Origin: Malacoraja senta
Taxonomy: Eukaryota
Assembly (NCBI GenBank): GCA_038087875.1
Contig: CM075989.1
Coordinates: 1,054,001 to 1,118,000 of the forward strand
Length of the DNA: 64,000 nt
Direction of reading: 5' to 3'
Below are positions 42,001 through 53,950 of the stretch, in pieces. A model generated the notes under the pieces. That model was not told the DNA's origin. It saw nothing but the letters and a program-made list of their open reading frames with translations, and ran no database searches. The position numbers were made by a program, and so were the translations under genes. Positions within the stretch are counted from its first letter, which is position 1; each line of letters begins with the position of its first letter.

Positions 42001-42084
42001 GTGGGGGAGGGGAGGTGGGAGGTGGTGTCTGTTATTGCCAATTGTTACTAAGTAAGGGATTGCCATTGTATAAATAGGAGAAAT

Positions 42085-42304
42085 AAACCACTACAGTTTC
42101 TGGTTAATATACAAAAGAACACAAACTGCCAGAGTAACTCAACTGGTCAGGCAGTATCGTTGGAGAACATGTGTAGCAAGGAACTGCAGATGCTAGTTTA
42201 CACAGAAGATAGACACAATAAGCTGGAGTAACTCAGCGGGACAGGCGGCATCTTTGGATAGAAGGAATGGGTGACGTTTTGGATCGAGACTCTTCTTCAG
42301 ATTG
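42085..42304 (-). mobile_element. Penelope-like repeat, two partial tandem units, hammerhead-like core
   Basis: Minus strand reads CTGAAGA-agagtctcgatcc-AAAACGTCacc. Confidence 0.62.
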
Positions 42305-42401
42305 CCTGGAACTGGGCAGGAATCCATGTGAGTTAATGGCTGAGGGAGAGGCAAGGTTCCGTGCCGTCATTGGCGAGCGTGCAGCCGGGGTGGCAATTGC
42401 G

Positions 42402-42567
42402 GCGGTGGTGGTGACGGTGACAACAGCGGTGGTGGTGATGGTGACAACAGCGGTGGTGGTGATGGTGACAACAGCGGTGGTGGTGACGGTGACAACAGCG
42501 GTGGTGGTGATGGTGACAACAGCGGTGGTGGTGATGGTGACAACAGCGGTGGTAGTGACGGTGACAG
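42402..42567. repeat. 24-bp minisatellite, ~7 copies
   Basis: Unit gcggtggtggtgaYggtgacaaca. Confidence 0.95.
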
Positions 42568-42944
42568 CGGTGGCCAGTAAAGTGGTGGGGGCGATGGCCA
42601 GTAAAGCTGCATGGGTTGAGATGGCATTGACATCCCAAACTGGCAGTGAAGGTCAGTAAGTTAGTCCAATATAACCAAAATCCTTTACAAAGAAGTCTGT
42701 AAAAACAAGGGTTTGCTGTACAGTGAAATCTTGATCAGCTGGGCAAATGGTGTAAGATAAGTGTAAGATACTGCATTTTGAAAGTCAAACTAGGGCAGGA
42801 CCTTCAAGGGGAGTGTTGTAGAGCAGAAGGATCTAGGTGTACAAGTACATTGTTCATTGAAAGTGGCATCACAAGTCGATAGAGTGATGAGAGGTTTTGG
42901 CATGCTGACCTTCCTCAAACAGGGAGTTGAGAATTGATGTTGGT

Positions 42945-43190
42945 GTTTAGTTTTAGCATTAGTTTTAGAGATACTGCACGGAAACAGGCCCTTCGGCCCA
43001 CCTGGCCTGTGCCGACCACCGATCCATGCACATTAACACTTTCCTTCGCACACTAGGGACAATTTTTACGTTTACCAACCTACAAACCTGTACATCTTTG
43101 GAGTTTGGAGACAGCACCCATAGTTGGTATCAAACCTGGGCCTGCGGCGCTGTAAGGCAGCAACTCTACCGCTGCGCCACCGTGCCGCCC
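42945..43190 (-). mobile_element. HE1-like SINE with an internal deletion
   Basis: Head and tail are present; the central block is missing relative to 31900-32222. Confidence 0.85.
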
Positions 43191-43542
43191 ATGTTATATT
43201 TATTTATGTTATATGTTATATTACATTATGTGTTATGTTATATTTAAACATGATGTTGGGGAGATACAATGAACAGCAGATGCTGGAACTTTGAGCAAAA
43301 TGCAGTGGCTGATTAACTCAATGGTTCAGGCAGCATCTGTAGTGTATACTGTAGATAGGTGAAATTTCAGGTTGGGACCATTCACCAGACTGTTGTATCA
43401 GGCGGTACTTGGAAAATTGGTCAGTTTTGTTCACCTGGCTTTAAGGAATATTGTATTTGTGATTGTAATTAATTTACTAGCCAAGTATGTAAAAACATAC
43501 AAGAAATTTGATTTGCCATACAGTCATACTAAAAAAGCAATA

Positions 43543-46500
43543 TTTAAAAGAACAAATGGAGGTCTTTTTTCAAACAAATGATACTTCAGATATATCGCCT
43601 ACTTTACTTTGGGAATCTTTTAAAGCATACATTAGGGGTATTATAATTTCATATCAAGCTTTTCAAAATAAAAAGAATAAGAATGAACAAAGACAGTTAG
43701 AAGAACTTATTAGACAAATGGATATAGATAATGCTAAAGATCCATCAATAGATAAACATAATAAAATAATAATTTTAATATTTAAATTAAATAAATTATT
43801 ATCTGCCAAACTTATAAGACTTTTTCAAATTACAAAACAAGAGCACTTTGAATTTGGGGATAAACCGCATAAACTTTTGGCTCGCCAGCTAAAAAAACGA
43901 GAAAAGGAACATACTATACCAAAGATCAAATCAGATAAAGGGGAATTATTAACAACACCGAAGGATATTAATAAAAGATTTGCGCAATTTTACGAGAATT
44001 TGTATACATCTAAAACGATAATTGATTCCAATAATATCACAAAGTTCTTGGATACCTGTAATCTTCCAAAGTTAGAGCTGAAGGAACAAGAGGAACTGGG
44101 TGCACAAATCTCAATTAAGGAATTAGAAGATACAATAAACTCACTAAAAAATGGAAAAACACCAGGCCCTGATGGATTTACTAATGAATTTTATAAAAAC
44201 TTTTATGATAAAATAATACCAAGATTACAAAAAATGTACCAATACGCTTTTAAAAAACGAATACTACCTGATACATTAGCGGAATCAACGATTACATTAA
44301 TACCTAAGAAAAATAAGGATTTAGAAGAACCTGGCTCATATAGAGCTATAGCATTGTTAAACACAGATCAAAAAATATTAGCGAAAACATTAGCCAGAAG
44401 ATTAAGTAAATACATTAGTAAATTAATAAACCCAGATCAGACAGGGTTTATCCCTAAGAGATACTCTTCTAATAATATGAGACGTCTACTCAACATAATG
44501 CACTCACACAAATCTGAAGATCAAGAATTATCAATTATTTCGCTGGATGCTGAAAAAGCATTTGATCAAGTAGAATGGAATTATATGGATAAAGTATTAC
44601 AAAAATTTCAACTGGGAGAGAATTTTATTTTATGGATTAAGTTACTATATAACAAACCTACAGCTAGAATACTTACTAATAACATATTATCCTCGAAATT
44701 TCAACTATCAAGGGGAAATAGACAAGGATGCTCATTATCACCACAGCTGTTTGCTCTCATTATTGAACCGCTAGCAGAAAAAATTAGAATACACCCTGAT
44801 ATTCATGGATATAATACTAAAGACTCATATAATAAAATATCTTTATACGCGGATGATATATTATTGTATATTACAAAACCTCAAATCACTATACCAAATA
44901 TATTAAATTTAATTGAAGACTTCGGATCTTTTTCTGGATATAGAATAAATTGGAATAAAAGTGAAATTATGTCAATAAAACCGAAAGATTCAACACATCT
45001 TTTAAAATTCCCTTTTAAAATAGCTACAGAAAAATTTAAATATTTGGGAATCGAAATTACCAGAGCATATCAAGGTATGCTCAGGGCAAATTTTGACCCC
45101 CTACTTAATAAACTGAATACATTAATTAAATTCTGGAAAACGCTTCCGATGTCTTTAATAGGCCGAATAAACGCAATAAAAATGATCTTTTTACCACAAA
45201 TTTTATACCTATTTCAATCAATTCCTATATACTTACCTAAGAAGTTTTTTAAAAAACTCGACTCAGATATCACTAATTTTATATGGGACTATAAATCACA
45301 TAGAATACAAAAAACCCATCTGAATAAATCTAAAGTATTGGGGGGTCTAGCACTACCTAATTTTATGTATTATTATTGGTCAGTAAATATTAAAAACATG
45401 ATTCAACTGATGGATAACTCCGCCCAGCAAGTAGACTGGATTGTAATGGAGAAAGAGGATTGCTCCTCTAGAAACATTGGAGCGATCCTCCTCTCTCCAA
45501 TGAAATTGAATAACATAAACTATAATAAGAACCCAATTATTCATAGTACAATCCGTATTTGGAAACAAATAAAACAAAATTTAAAATTAAGAAACTTATC
45601 ACTTTTATTACCTATAGTCAATAACCCTTCGTTTAGTCCTTCTATTATAGATAAAGCTTATACACAATGGGATAGACTAGGAATTAAAACGCTTGGTGAC
45701 TTGTATGAAACTGGAAAATTACTTTCATTTCAACAATTACAAATAAAATATAAACTCGGAAATAATCAATATTTTAAATACTTTCAAATATGCGACTATT
45801 TGAAAAAATATATAAAAGATCATCATAATAACCCAGCAGATGTACTGGACGAGGCAATGCAGATAAAAGCGGAATCAGCAAACTTAATATCATATTTGTA
45901 CAATATTATCTTAAATGCACAAATACCATCTACGGAGGGTATCAGAAGAGACTGGGAACAAGAGTTAGCTATTAAAATTTCAAAGGAAAGTTGGAATGAA
46001 TACTTATTAAAAGTGCATAAATGCTCGATTAATGTAAGACACACTTTAATACAATTTAAAATTTTACATAGATTATATTATTCGAAAACTAAAATTTATA
46101 AAATTTTCCCAAACGTATCATCTATTTGTGATAAATGTCAATCCCAAGAAGCAACTATAGCGCACTCATTTGTCTTCTGTACAAAAATTCAAAAATTTTG
46201 GAATGAAATTTTTGAAATCTTTACAAAGTTATTTAAAACAAGACTGATACCCAAAGCAGAATGGATTATCTTCGGAATAACGGAAGATGATCCAGAATTA
46301 AATGTGTTTCAAAAGAAATTAATGGATTATGGGTTAATAACTGGAAAAAAGCTAATTCTAAAATTTTGGAAGAAGGCTCCAATACCAACTATAAATATGT
46401 GGATTTCAAATATGTTTGAAACATTACACCTTGAAGAGATAAGACTCCTCCTAGCAGGTAAACCAGATCACTTCCACCTGACGTGGTCTGCATTTATAGA

Positions 46501-46912
46501 ATTATTACAAACATAGGGTGCAAAAGTACTTTAAAAAAAAAAAAAAAAAATTGAGGTCGGGTAAGGGGGGATGATAGTTGAAGAGTTGGTATGTCCTATT
46601 TACGTGATGCTCAAAAAAAAAAACATTTGTTTCTCTTTTTTTTCTCTTTCTCTTTTCTTTTCTTAGGGCCTATTTCTTAACTCTTTTTCTTTTTGTTTTT
46701 AATTTCGCTCTTATAGGGTCTTCGTCCTTTTTTGTTGTTACATTTTCTACACTTTTCTACACTTGCACTTTTTCCTTCACTTTCTTCTCTCTTTCAATCT
46801 TTTCTTTCTCTAGTGTAAAATATTAAATAAAGGGAGTACATTAATTGTAAGATGATATAAATGACGAGTATTAATGTATGTGGTTGTAATGTAATGTACT
46901 TCTAATAAATAA

Positions 46913-46938
<26 letters not shown>
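43543..46938 (+). mobile_element. L1-clade LINE, young, 5'-truncated, with polyA and TSD
   Basis: TSD AAAAAAGCAATA at 43531-43542 and 46939-46950, a T-rich 3'UTR, AATAAA and a polyA tail. Confidence 0.95.
43544..46516 (+). CDS. L1 ORF2p remnant (linker, RT and C-terminal CCHC; endonuclease missing)
   Basis: LWESFKAYIRG, KTPGPDGF, SYRAIALLNTDQK, SLDAEKAFDQVEW, GNRQGCSLSP, LYADDIL and CDKC..H..C, with no stops over ~990 codons. Confidence 0.92.
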   Translation, partial: LKEQMEVFFQTNDTSDISPTLLWESFKAYIRGIIISYQAFQNKKNKNEQRQLEELIRQMDIDNAKDPSIDKHNKIIILIFKLNKLLSAKLIRLFQITKQEHFEFGDKPHKLLARQLKKREKEHTIPKIKSDKGELLTTPKDINKRFAQFYENLYTSKTIIDSNNITKFLDTCNLPKLELKEQEELGAQISIKELEDTINSLKNGKTPGPDGFTNEFYKNFYDKIIPRLQKMYQYAFKKRILPDTLAESTITLIPKKNKDLEEPGSYRAIALLNTDQKILAKTLARRLSKYISKLINPDQTGFIPKRYSSNNMRRLLNIMHSHKSEDQELSIISLDAEKAFDQVEWNYMDKVLQKFQLGENFILWIKLLYNKPTARILTNNILSSKFQLSRGNRQGCSLSPQLFALIIEPLAEKIRIHPDIHGYNTKDSYNKISLYADDILLYITKPQITIPNILNLIEDFGSFSGYRINWNKSEIMSIKPKDSTHLLKFPFKIATEKFKYLGIEITRAYQGMLRANFDPLLNKLNTLIKFWKTLPMSLIGRINAIKMIFLPQILYLFQSIPIYLPKKFFKKLDSDITNFIWDYKSHRIQKTHLNKSKVLGGLALPNFMYYYWSVNIKNMIQLMDNSAQQVDWIVMEKEDCSSRNIGAILLSPMKLNNINYNKNPIIHSTIRIWKQIKQNLKLRNLSLLLPIVNNPSFSPSIIDKAYTQWDRLGIKTLGDLYETGKLLSFQQLQIKYKLGNNQYFKYFQICDYLKKYIKDHHNNPADVLDEAMQIKAESANLISYLYNIILNAQIPSTEGIRRDWEQELAIKISKESWNEYLLKVHKCSINVRHTLIQFKILHRLYYSKTKIYKIFPNVSSICDKCQSQEATIAHSFVFCTKIQKFWNEIFEIFTKLFKTRLIPKAEWIIFGITEDDPELNVFQKKLMDYGLITGKKLILKFWKKAPIPTINMWISNMFETLHLEEIRLLLAGKPDHFHLTWSAFIELLQT

Positions 46939-46944
<6 letters not shown>

Positions 46945-47459
46945 GCAATAAGACACACAACTGCATAAAAATTAACATAAATATCCACCACAGCGCACTA
47001 TGATGGAAGGCAATAACGTATTATCTTCTTCCCTCCATTTTCCCCACAATCGGACTAGTCAGACCATCCGCAGTCGAGGTGATCAAATCTCCCGCAAATG
47101 GGATGGTCGAAACTCCTGTGGTTGGAGCTTCCAAAGTCGGTCCATAACCAAGGGACCGCGAGCTCCATGATGTTAAGTCTGCAGGCTCCCGCGGTTGGAG
47201 CTCCCGAAGTCGATCCCCACCAAAGGGGCCACCAGCTCCACGACGTTAGGCCACAGTGCAGACGGAGATACAATCCGGAAAAGTAGCGGCTCTGTCGAGG
47301 AAAGAGATTTTTAAAAGGTTTTTAAAGTCCCCCCACCCCCCCACATAATACAAAGCTAAAGGTACACTAAAACGTACATTTAACAACAGGCTAAAAACAA
47401 CAAAGAGGAAAAAAGACAGACAGTTGATGAGGCTGCCATTGTACGGCGCCAACCACCAT

Positions 47460-48143
47460 TATGAGAGCAGAGAAGATTCATTAAGGTGGTGCTGGGACTC
47501 AAGGACCTGAGTAACAGGGAGAGGTTAGGCAGACTAGGACTTATTCCTTGGTAAGCAGGAGGCTGTGGGGTGATCTTATAGAGTATAACATTATGAAGGG
47601 AATAGATAGGGTGAGTACAGTGCCTTTTTCCCAGCTTAGAGGAATCATGAAACCAGTGGACAATTTTTCCCTCAAGGTCTGGGCATCAGTAACTTAGGGC
47701 TTAGCTTCAGGTGAGAGGAGAAGGATGTAATAGGAAGCTGAGAGGCCATTTGTTTCCATACATAGGATGATGGGCATGTGAATCGAGCTGCTAGAGGTGT
47801 AGTTGAGGCAAGTTCAATAACAACATTTAAAAGACATTTGGACAGATACGTGGATAGGAAAGGATTAGAGAGATAGTCATAGAGTCATACAGCTTACAAA
47901 CAGGCCCTTCAGCCCAATTTGCCCATGCCAACCAAGATACTCCTTCTACACTCGTCCCACCTGCTTGCATTTGGTTCACATCCCACAAAATCTGTCCTAT
48001 CCATGTCCCTGTCTAAATGTTTCATAAACGTTGCAATGATGCCTGCCTCAACTGCCTCCTCTGGCAGCTCGCTTCCTACACATACCACCCTTTGTGTGAA
48101 AAAGCTAGTCCTCAGGTTCCTACTAAATCTTTCCCCCTCACCT
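47460..48143. mobile_element. Two opposed CR1 3' fragments (47460-47875 on +, 47875-48143 on -)
   Basis: Similarity to the other CR1 3' ends in the window. Confidence 0.75.
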
Positions 48144-48379
48144 AGGAATGTGAGCCACGCACATGGAATGGATGAAATTGAGTTACTAAATCAGAATCTC
48201 TGCCCTCTGTATCAACTCCAAACAAGGCAGCCACCCTGTTTTATTTCACCACCCCACCCATATAGTAGTCCTCAGTAATGAACTACTGCTACACTCTGGT
48301 AAATCTGATCACCTGGATGTGCTACTCCCGACTTACAAACAGAAACTGAAGGGGGCGGATCCAGTGTAGATAGTTGTGC

Positions 48380-49170
48380 GGAGTTTTGTTCTGAGGAAAC
48401 AGATGAGATACTTTGTGACTGTTTTGAGTCGGTGGACAGGTCCATTTTCAAGGACTCAGTAGCTGACCTAGATGAATATGCCAGTGCTGTCACAGACTTC
48501 ATCAGCAAGTGTGACAAAAGCCTGGAGCCAAGATGAAGCTATAAGTATTCCCCAGCTGGAAACCATGGATGAACCGCATCAACTCTCCCGGGTGAAGACC
48601 AAGTCTGCAGCATTAAAGGCAAATAATCCTGAATGGTGCAAGACAGGAAACATGTTCCCGATGTTGGGGGAGTCCAGAACCAGGGGCCACAGTTTAAGAA
48701 TAAGGGGTAGGCCATTTAGAACGCAGATGAAAAGCTTTTTCACCCAGAGTTGTGAATCTGTGGAATTCTCTGCCTCAGAAGGCAGTGGAGGTCAATTCTT
48801 TGGATGCTTTCACGAGAGAGTTAGATAGAGCTCTTAAAGATAGCGGAGTCAGGGGATATGGTGAGAAGACAGGAACGAGGTACTGAATGTTGATGATCAG
48901 CCATGATCACAGTGAATGGCAGTGCTGACTCGAAGGGCCAAATGGCTTACTCCTGCACCTATTGTCTATTGTCTATGACCTTTACGAGGCCATTAAGCAT
49001 GCCAAGAGGGAATTCTGGACCAGTCTGGATTCTCAAGCAACGTCACGGATGCCTGCAGATTGTGAAGTCCTGCACGCAATAAGGGGCTACACAGCAAAAG
49101 CGGTGAAAACTATGGATCCCTCCCCCATGAACTCAATGCATTCTATGCCTGCTATAAACAGAAAGTCAGT
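48380..49170 (+). mobile_element. Old Rex1 linker fragment with a nested CR1 3' end (48641-48976)
   Basis: Rex1-like gactgttttgagtcggtggac..aaaccatggatgaac, and a CR1 tail (ctattgt)n. Confidence 0.65.
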
Positions 49171-50917
49171 GGAGGAGCCCGGCTCTGAGGCATGGCAGGC
49201 AAGGGTAAAGTCAGGCAGAGCCACAGTGATAAGAGGCTCAGGGGAGCAGACAGGACATTGTGCGGCATCAGTGGGGACTCCAGGATGGTGTGCTGCCTCC
49301 CTGGTGCCAGGGTCCAGGATGTCTCGGAGCGGCTGCATGACATTTTTCAGGGGGAGGGGGAGCAGCCGCACCTCGTTGTGCAGGAGCTTGGAGATGAGGT
49401 TGGATGGGATTGTGATGTTAAAAGCAGAGCTATTGTTGACAAATAGGAGTCTAAAGTAGGAGTCCTTGTTGTCTCAGTGTTCCAGCGATGAGTTTAGGGC
49501 CAGGGTGATGGTGTCTGCTGTGGGCCCGCCATGACAGTAAACAAACTGCAGAGCATCAAGGCCAGCTGGGAGGCTGGAGTTAAGATACACCATCACCTGA
49601 TCAGATATATCCTAGGGCTCTAGGAAACTAGAGAGAAAATTGCGGGAGCCCTGGCTGATGTTTACGAGTCGTCATTAACTGCAGGAGAGGAGCTGGAGGA
49701 CTGGAGCGTGTCAAATGTTGTTCAAGAAAACCTGCAGGGAAAATGCTATGAACTATAGGCCAGTGAGCTTAACATCTGTAGTTGGAAAGTTATTTGGAGA
49801 TAATTCAGAGGGATAGCAAATACATGCATTAGGTGGACAAGGGCAAATTAGTGATGGTTTTGCATGGTTTTGTATGTGGGAGGTCATGTCTCACAAGTCT
49901 GAGGGATAGCAAATACATGCATTAGGTGGACAAGGGCAAATTAGTGATGGTTCTGTATGGTTTTGTATGTGGGAGGTCATGTCTCACAAGTCTGATTTAA
50001 TTTTTTGACGGTGTGACCAAAAAGGTTGATGAGGGCAGAGATGTAGATATTGTCTATATGGACATGGCAAATTATTCAATAAGGTTCCTCATGAAAGTAA
50101 GCATGCAGGTACAGCAGGCAGTGAGGAAAGCAAATGGCATGTTGTCCTTCATAACAAGAGAAGTTGAGTATAGGAGAAAAGTGGTCCTTCTGAAGTTGGA
50201 CAGGGCTCTAGTGAGACCACACCTGGAGTATTGTGTGCAGTTTTGGTCTCCCAATTTGAGGATTGCCTTCTTGCTATTGAAGGAGTGCAGCGAAGGTTCA
50301 CCAGGTTAATTCCCGGGATGGTGGGACTGTCATAGTTTGATAGAATGGAACGACTGAGCTTGTATACTCTGGAATTTAAAAGGATGAGAGGCGATCTTAA
50401 TGAAACATGTAAGATTATTAAGGGTTTGGACATGCTAGAGGCAGGAAACATGTTCTCGATGTTGGGGAGTCCAGAACCAGGGGCCACAGTTTAAGAATAA
50501 GGGGTAAGCCATTTAGAACGGAGATGAGGAAAAACTTTTTCACACAGAGGGCTGTGAATCTGGATGCTTTCAAGAAAGAGCTAGACAGAGCTCTTAGAGA
50601 TAGGTGAGTCAAGGGATATGGGGATAAGGCAGGAACGGGGTACTGATTGTTGATGATCAACCATGATCACATTGAATGGGGACGAATGGCCTACTCCTGC
50701 CCCTATTGTCTATTGTCTATTGTAGGCTGCTCTGGAAGGTTAGATCACAGAGGATTCAAGGAGAGATAGCTGATTGGATAGAAAATTGGCTTCATGGAAC
50801 GAAGCAGAGTGTGATGGTGGAAAGTTGCTTCTCGGACTGGAGGTCTGTGACTAGTGGTGTGCCTCAGAGGTTGGTGCTGGGCCCATTTCTGTTTGTCATT
50901 TACATCAATAAGTTAGA

Positions 50918-51709
50918 TGGCAAGTGGCGGCGCTGCCCAATCAGCTGCTGCTCGCCTGCAGTCCGTCTGTCTTTTTCTTTTTTTTCTCATTTTTTTGTCT
51001 TGTTGGACGTATGTTTTAGTTTATTTTTAGTTGTGTATGTGTGGATGGTGGGGGAACTTGTTTTAGTCTCTTTCTTTGGGGTGATGCGACCTTTTCTTTG
51101 TCGTATCCCCGTCTCCGTCTCCGTCTGCGCCTAATCGCGGAGCTGGCGGCCTCCAACTGGAACCGACCTCGAGGTTCCGGAGGCAGAGCCAGGGCTCACC
51201 ATCGCGAAGCTGGCCGACTTCGGGGCTGTGGTGGCGCTGCGGTGGCGGCCCGACCGGAGCCTCCGAGTTTTCGACGACAACATCGGGAGCTCGCAGGTCC
51301 CAGGTTGGTGACCGGTTCTCCGGAGCTCCCGCAACAACAGCTTCGTCCGCTGGACTTGAGGGTGGCAGCTTCATCCGCCCCAGGCCGCGGAGTTTGAACC
51401 GGCCCGTTCGCGGAGCTCGGATTTGGCCGCGGGACTTACCATCACACGGCGGGGGCCCAACATCGAAAGCCTGGATCGCCTCAACGCAGAGGGAGAACAA
51501 GGAAGGAAGAGACAAGGACTGTAAGACTTTTGCCTTCCATCACAGTGAGGAGGTGCCTGGTAGACTCATTGTGGTGGATGTTAAACTGTGTTCATTGTGT
51601 GTTCTGTTATTTTATTCTCTGTTATGACTGCAAGGTATTTAATTTCGTTCAAACTAACAAGTTTGAATGACAATAAAGGATACTTTATACTTACTTTACT
51701 TTACTTTAT
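50918..51709 (+). mobile_element. GC-rich non-autonomous retroposon, apparently full length
   Basis: 5' ggcggcgctgcc..ctgcagtccgtc, a T-rich block, a CpG-rich body, then gaatgacaataaagg plus a (CTTTA)n tail. Confidence 0.7.
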
Positions 51710-51793
51710 TAGCAAGTTTGTAGATGATACAAAAGTGGGTGGTTTTGCAGATAGTGAAGATGGTTGTGAAAAATTGCAGCAGGATCTTGATTG

Positions 51794-51888
51794 TAGAGAA
51801 AAATGCTGGAGAAACGCAGCGGATGAGGCAGCATCTATGGAGCAAAGGAAATAGGCAACGTTTCGGCTCGAGACACTTCTTCAGACAA
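51794..51888 (-). mobile_element. 95-bp Penelope-like insertion with a hammerhead core and 13-bp TSD
   Basis: TSD AGGATCTTGATTG at 51781-51793 and 51889-51901. Minus strand reads CTGAAGA-agtgtctcgagcc-GAAACGTT. Confidence 0.7.
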
Positions 51889-53594
51889 AGGATCTTGATT
51901 GATTGGCCAGGTGGGCTGATGAATGGTTGATGGAATTTAATGCAGAGTAACGTGAGGTGTGAAAAGTTTGGAAGTCTAACATGGGCAGGACCTACACAGT
52001 GAATGGTAGGCCTCTGGGGAGTGTTGTAGAGCAGAGGGATCTAGGAGTGCAAGTACAGTACATCGTCCGTTCAAGGTGGAGTTGCAGGTAGATAGGGTGG
52101 TCAAAAAGGCTTTTGGCACATTGGTCTTCTTCAATCAGTATTGAGTATAGAGGTTGGGAGGTCATGTTGTAGTGCATAAGATGTTAGTGAGGCAGCATTT
52201 AGAATATTGTGTTCAGCTCTGGGCACCATGTTATAAGAAAGATGTCAAGTTGGAAAATATACAGAGAAGATTTACGAGAGTGTTGCCAGGACTCAAGATC
52301 TGAGCTGCAGGGATAGGTTGAGCAGGCTTGGATTCTAATCCTTGGAGCTCCGAAGGATGAGGGGTAATCTTATAGAGGTGTATAAAATCATGAGAGGAAT
52401 AGATCGGGTAGATGCACAGAGTGTCTTGCCTAGAGTAGGGAGATTGAGGGCCAGAGGAAAAAGGGTGGTGGGTGTATGGAATGAGTTGCTAGAGGAGGTA
52501 GTTGAGACAGGGACTATCGCGCCGTTTACGAAACAATTAGGCAGGTAAATGAATAGGACAGGTTTAGAGGGATATGTGCCAAATGCAGGCAGGTGGGACT
52601 AGTGTAGTTGGGACAAGTTGGGCCAAAGGTCCTGTTTCTACACTGCACGACTCTATGACTCTATGACCTATTGAAACACAATGATGGATGTCAGCAGTAC
52701 TGGACGGTAGTCATTAAGGGATGCCACATCACGGGGTGATAATGGTCATCTTAAAGAAGGTAGGGACCACAGAATGGATTAGTGAGTGGTAAAAGATGTC
52801 TGTGAATTCCTCATCTGCACAGGTCCTGAGGACACAGCCAGGGACTCCATCTGGGCTAATTGCTGTCTGTGGATTTGCAGGAAGGCCGACCTAGGGTCTG
52901 TCACATTAACAATTGGTACAGGCGCACCTGAGACTGGTGGGACAAGTCATGGAGACAGAGAGCGCAGAAACTTCTGCACAACTTCCCCATGCCAAACAAG
53001 ATGCCTCATCCACACTAGCCCCACCTGCCTGCGCATGGCCAATATGTCTCTAAACATTTCCTATCCATGTCCCTTTCCAAATGTCTTTTACATGATGTTA
53101 TAGAACATGCCACAACTACCTCCTCCAGCAGCCCACACCATATGCTCACCACCTTTTAAGTGAAAAAGTTGCCCTCAGGTTCCAATTAAATCTTTCACCT
53201 TTGCTCCTGGCCCGCTGAGTTACACCAGCATTTAGTGTCCATCCTCGGTGTAAACCAGCATCTGCACTTATTTCCTACACATTAAACCTATAACTTCTGG
53301 TTTGTGATTCCTCTAATCTGGGTAGTGGAATACAGTGCATTCAACCAATCTACTCCCCTCATGATGGTATACACCTCCATAAGGTAACCTCTCATCCTCT
53401 TGCACTCTATTGAACAAAGTCCTAGCCTGCCCTCGAGTCCTGGTAACATCCTTGTAAATCTTCTCTGCACTATTTCCAGCTGAACAACATCCTTCCTAAA
53501 GCAGGGTAAATAGAACTGAACACAATACTCAAAATGCGGCCTCACCAATATCTTGTACAACTGTAACATAACATCCCAACTTCTATACTCAAAA

Positions 53595-53950
53595 CGTGTA
53601 AGAAGGAACTGCAGATGCTGGTTTACCCCAAAGGTAGACGCAAAATGCTGAAGTAACTTGTAAAGCCGTGCATGTTCCTTTAACATGGTGACCTCACTTC
53701 TACTAACCACTCCCCATTAGCTTCAGTATAAATGTAACCTTCCCACCCCTAGCTCGCTCTCTAGCTCCGGTAACGGACCACGAACAGCTAGGGCAATATG
53801 TGTGTATACGAATACAATGTATGCAATAAACTAGAGTGAAGACACCCTGTGTTTGGACAGTCTTTACATAACTGAGCGGGTCAGGCAGCATCAATGGAAA
53901 AAAGGAATAGGTGTCATTTTGGGTCAAGACCCTTGATCAGACTGGTGAAG
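53595..53950 (-). mobile_element. Penelope-like short repeat split by a solo LTR
   Basis: The two halves rejoin as gaagtaact|gagcgggtcaggcagcatc. Confidence 0.65.
53659..53868 (+). mobile_element. Solo LTR (210 bp)
   Basis: TGTAAAG...CTTTACA termini, 5-bp TSD TAACT at 53654-53658 and 53869-53873, TATAAA at 53727 and AATAAA at 53825. Confidence 0.85.

Larger units (their letters stand above)
43460..47455 (-). mobile_element. GC-rich non-autonomous retroposon split by the L1 insertion
   Basis: The flanks join across the L1 TSD into a tail resembling 5874-6040. The 5' end ggcgccgtacaatggcagcctc resembles 50927-50960. Confidence 0.6.
49600..52667 (+). mobile_element. CR1 LINE carrying nested insertions and a 93-bp tandem duplication (49808-49993)
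   Basis: Colinear with 2620-4176. Nested CR1 at 50091-50720, retroposon at 50918-51709 and short repeat at 51794-51888. Confidence 0.85.

Noticed and set aside
42267..42659. Extensin-like or metallothionein-like ORFs
   Set aside because: Products of a 24-bp minisatellite, with no splice or homology support.
43508..43542. Start codon for the L1 ORF
   Set aside because: It lies in flank/TSD sequence and is not an ATG; the element is 5'-truncated.
49808..49993. 93-bp direct repeat as a TSD or LTR pair
   Set aside because: An adjacent tandem duplication of CR1 sequence with nothing between the copies.
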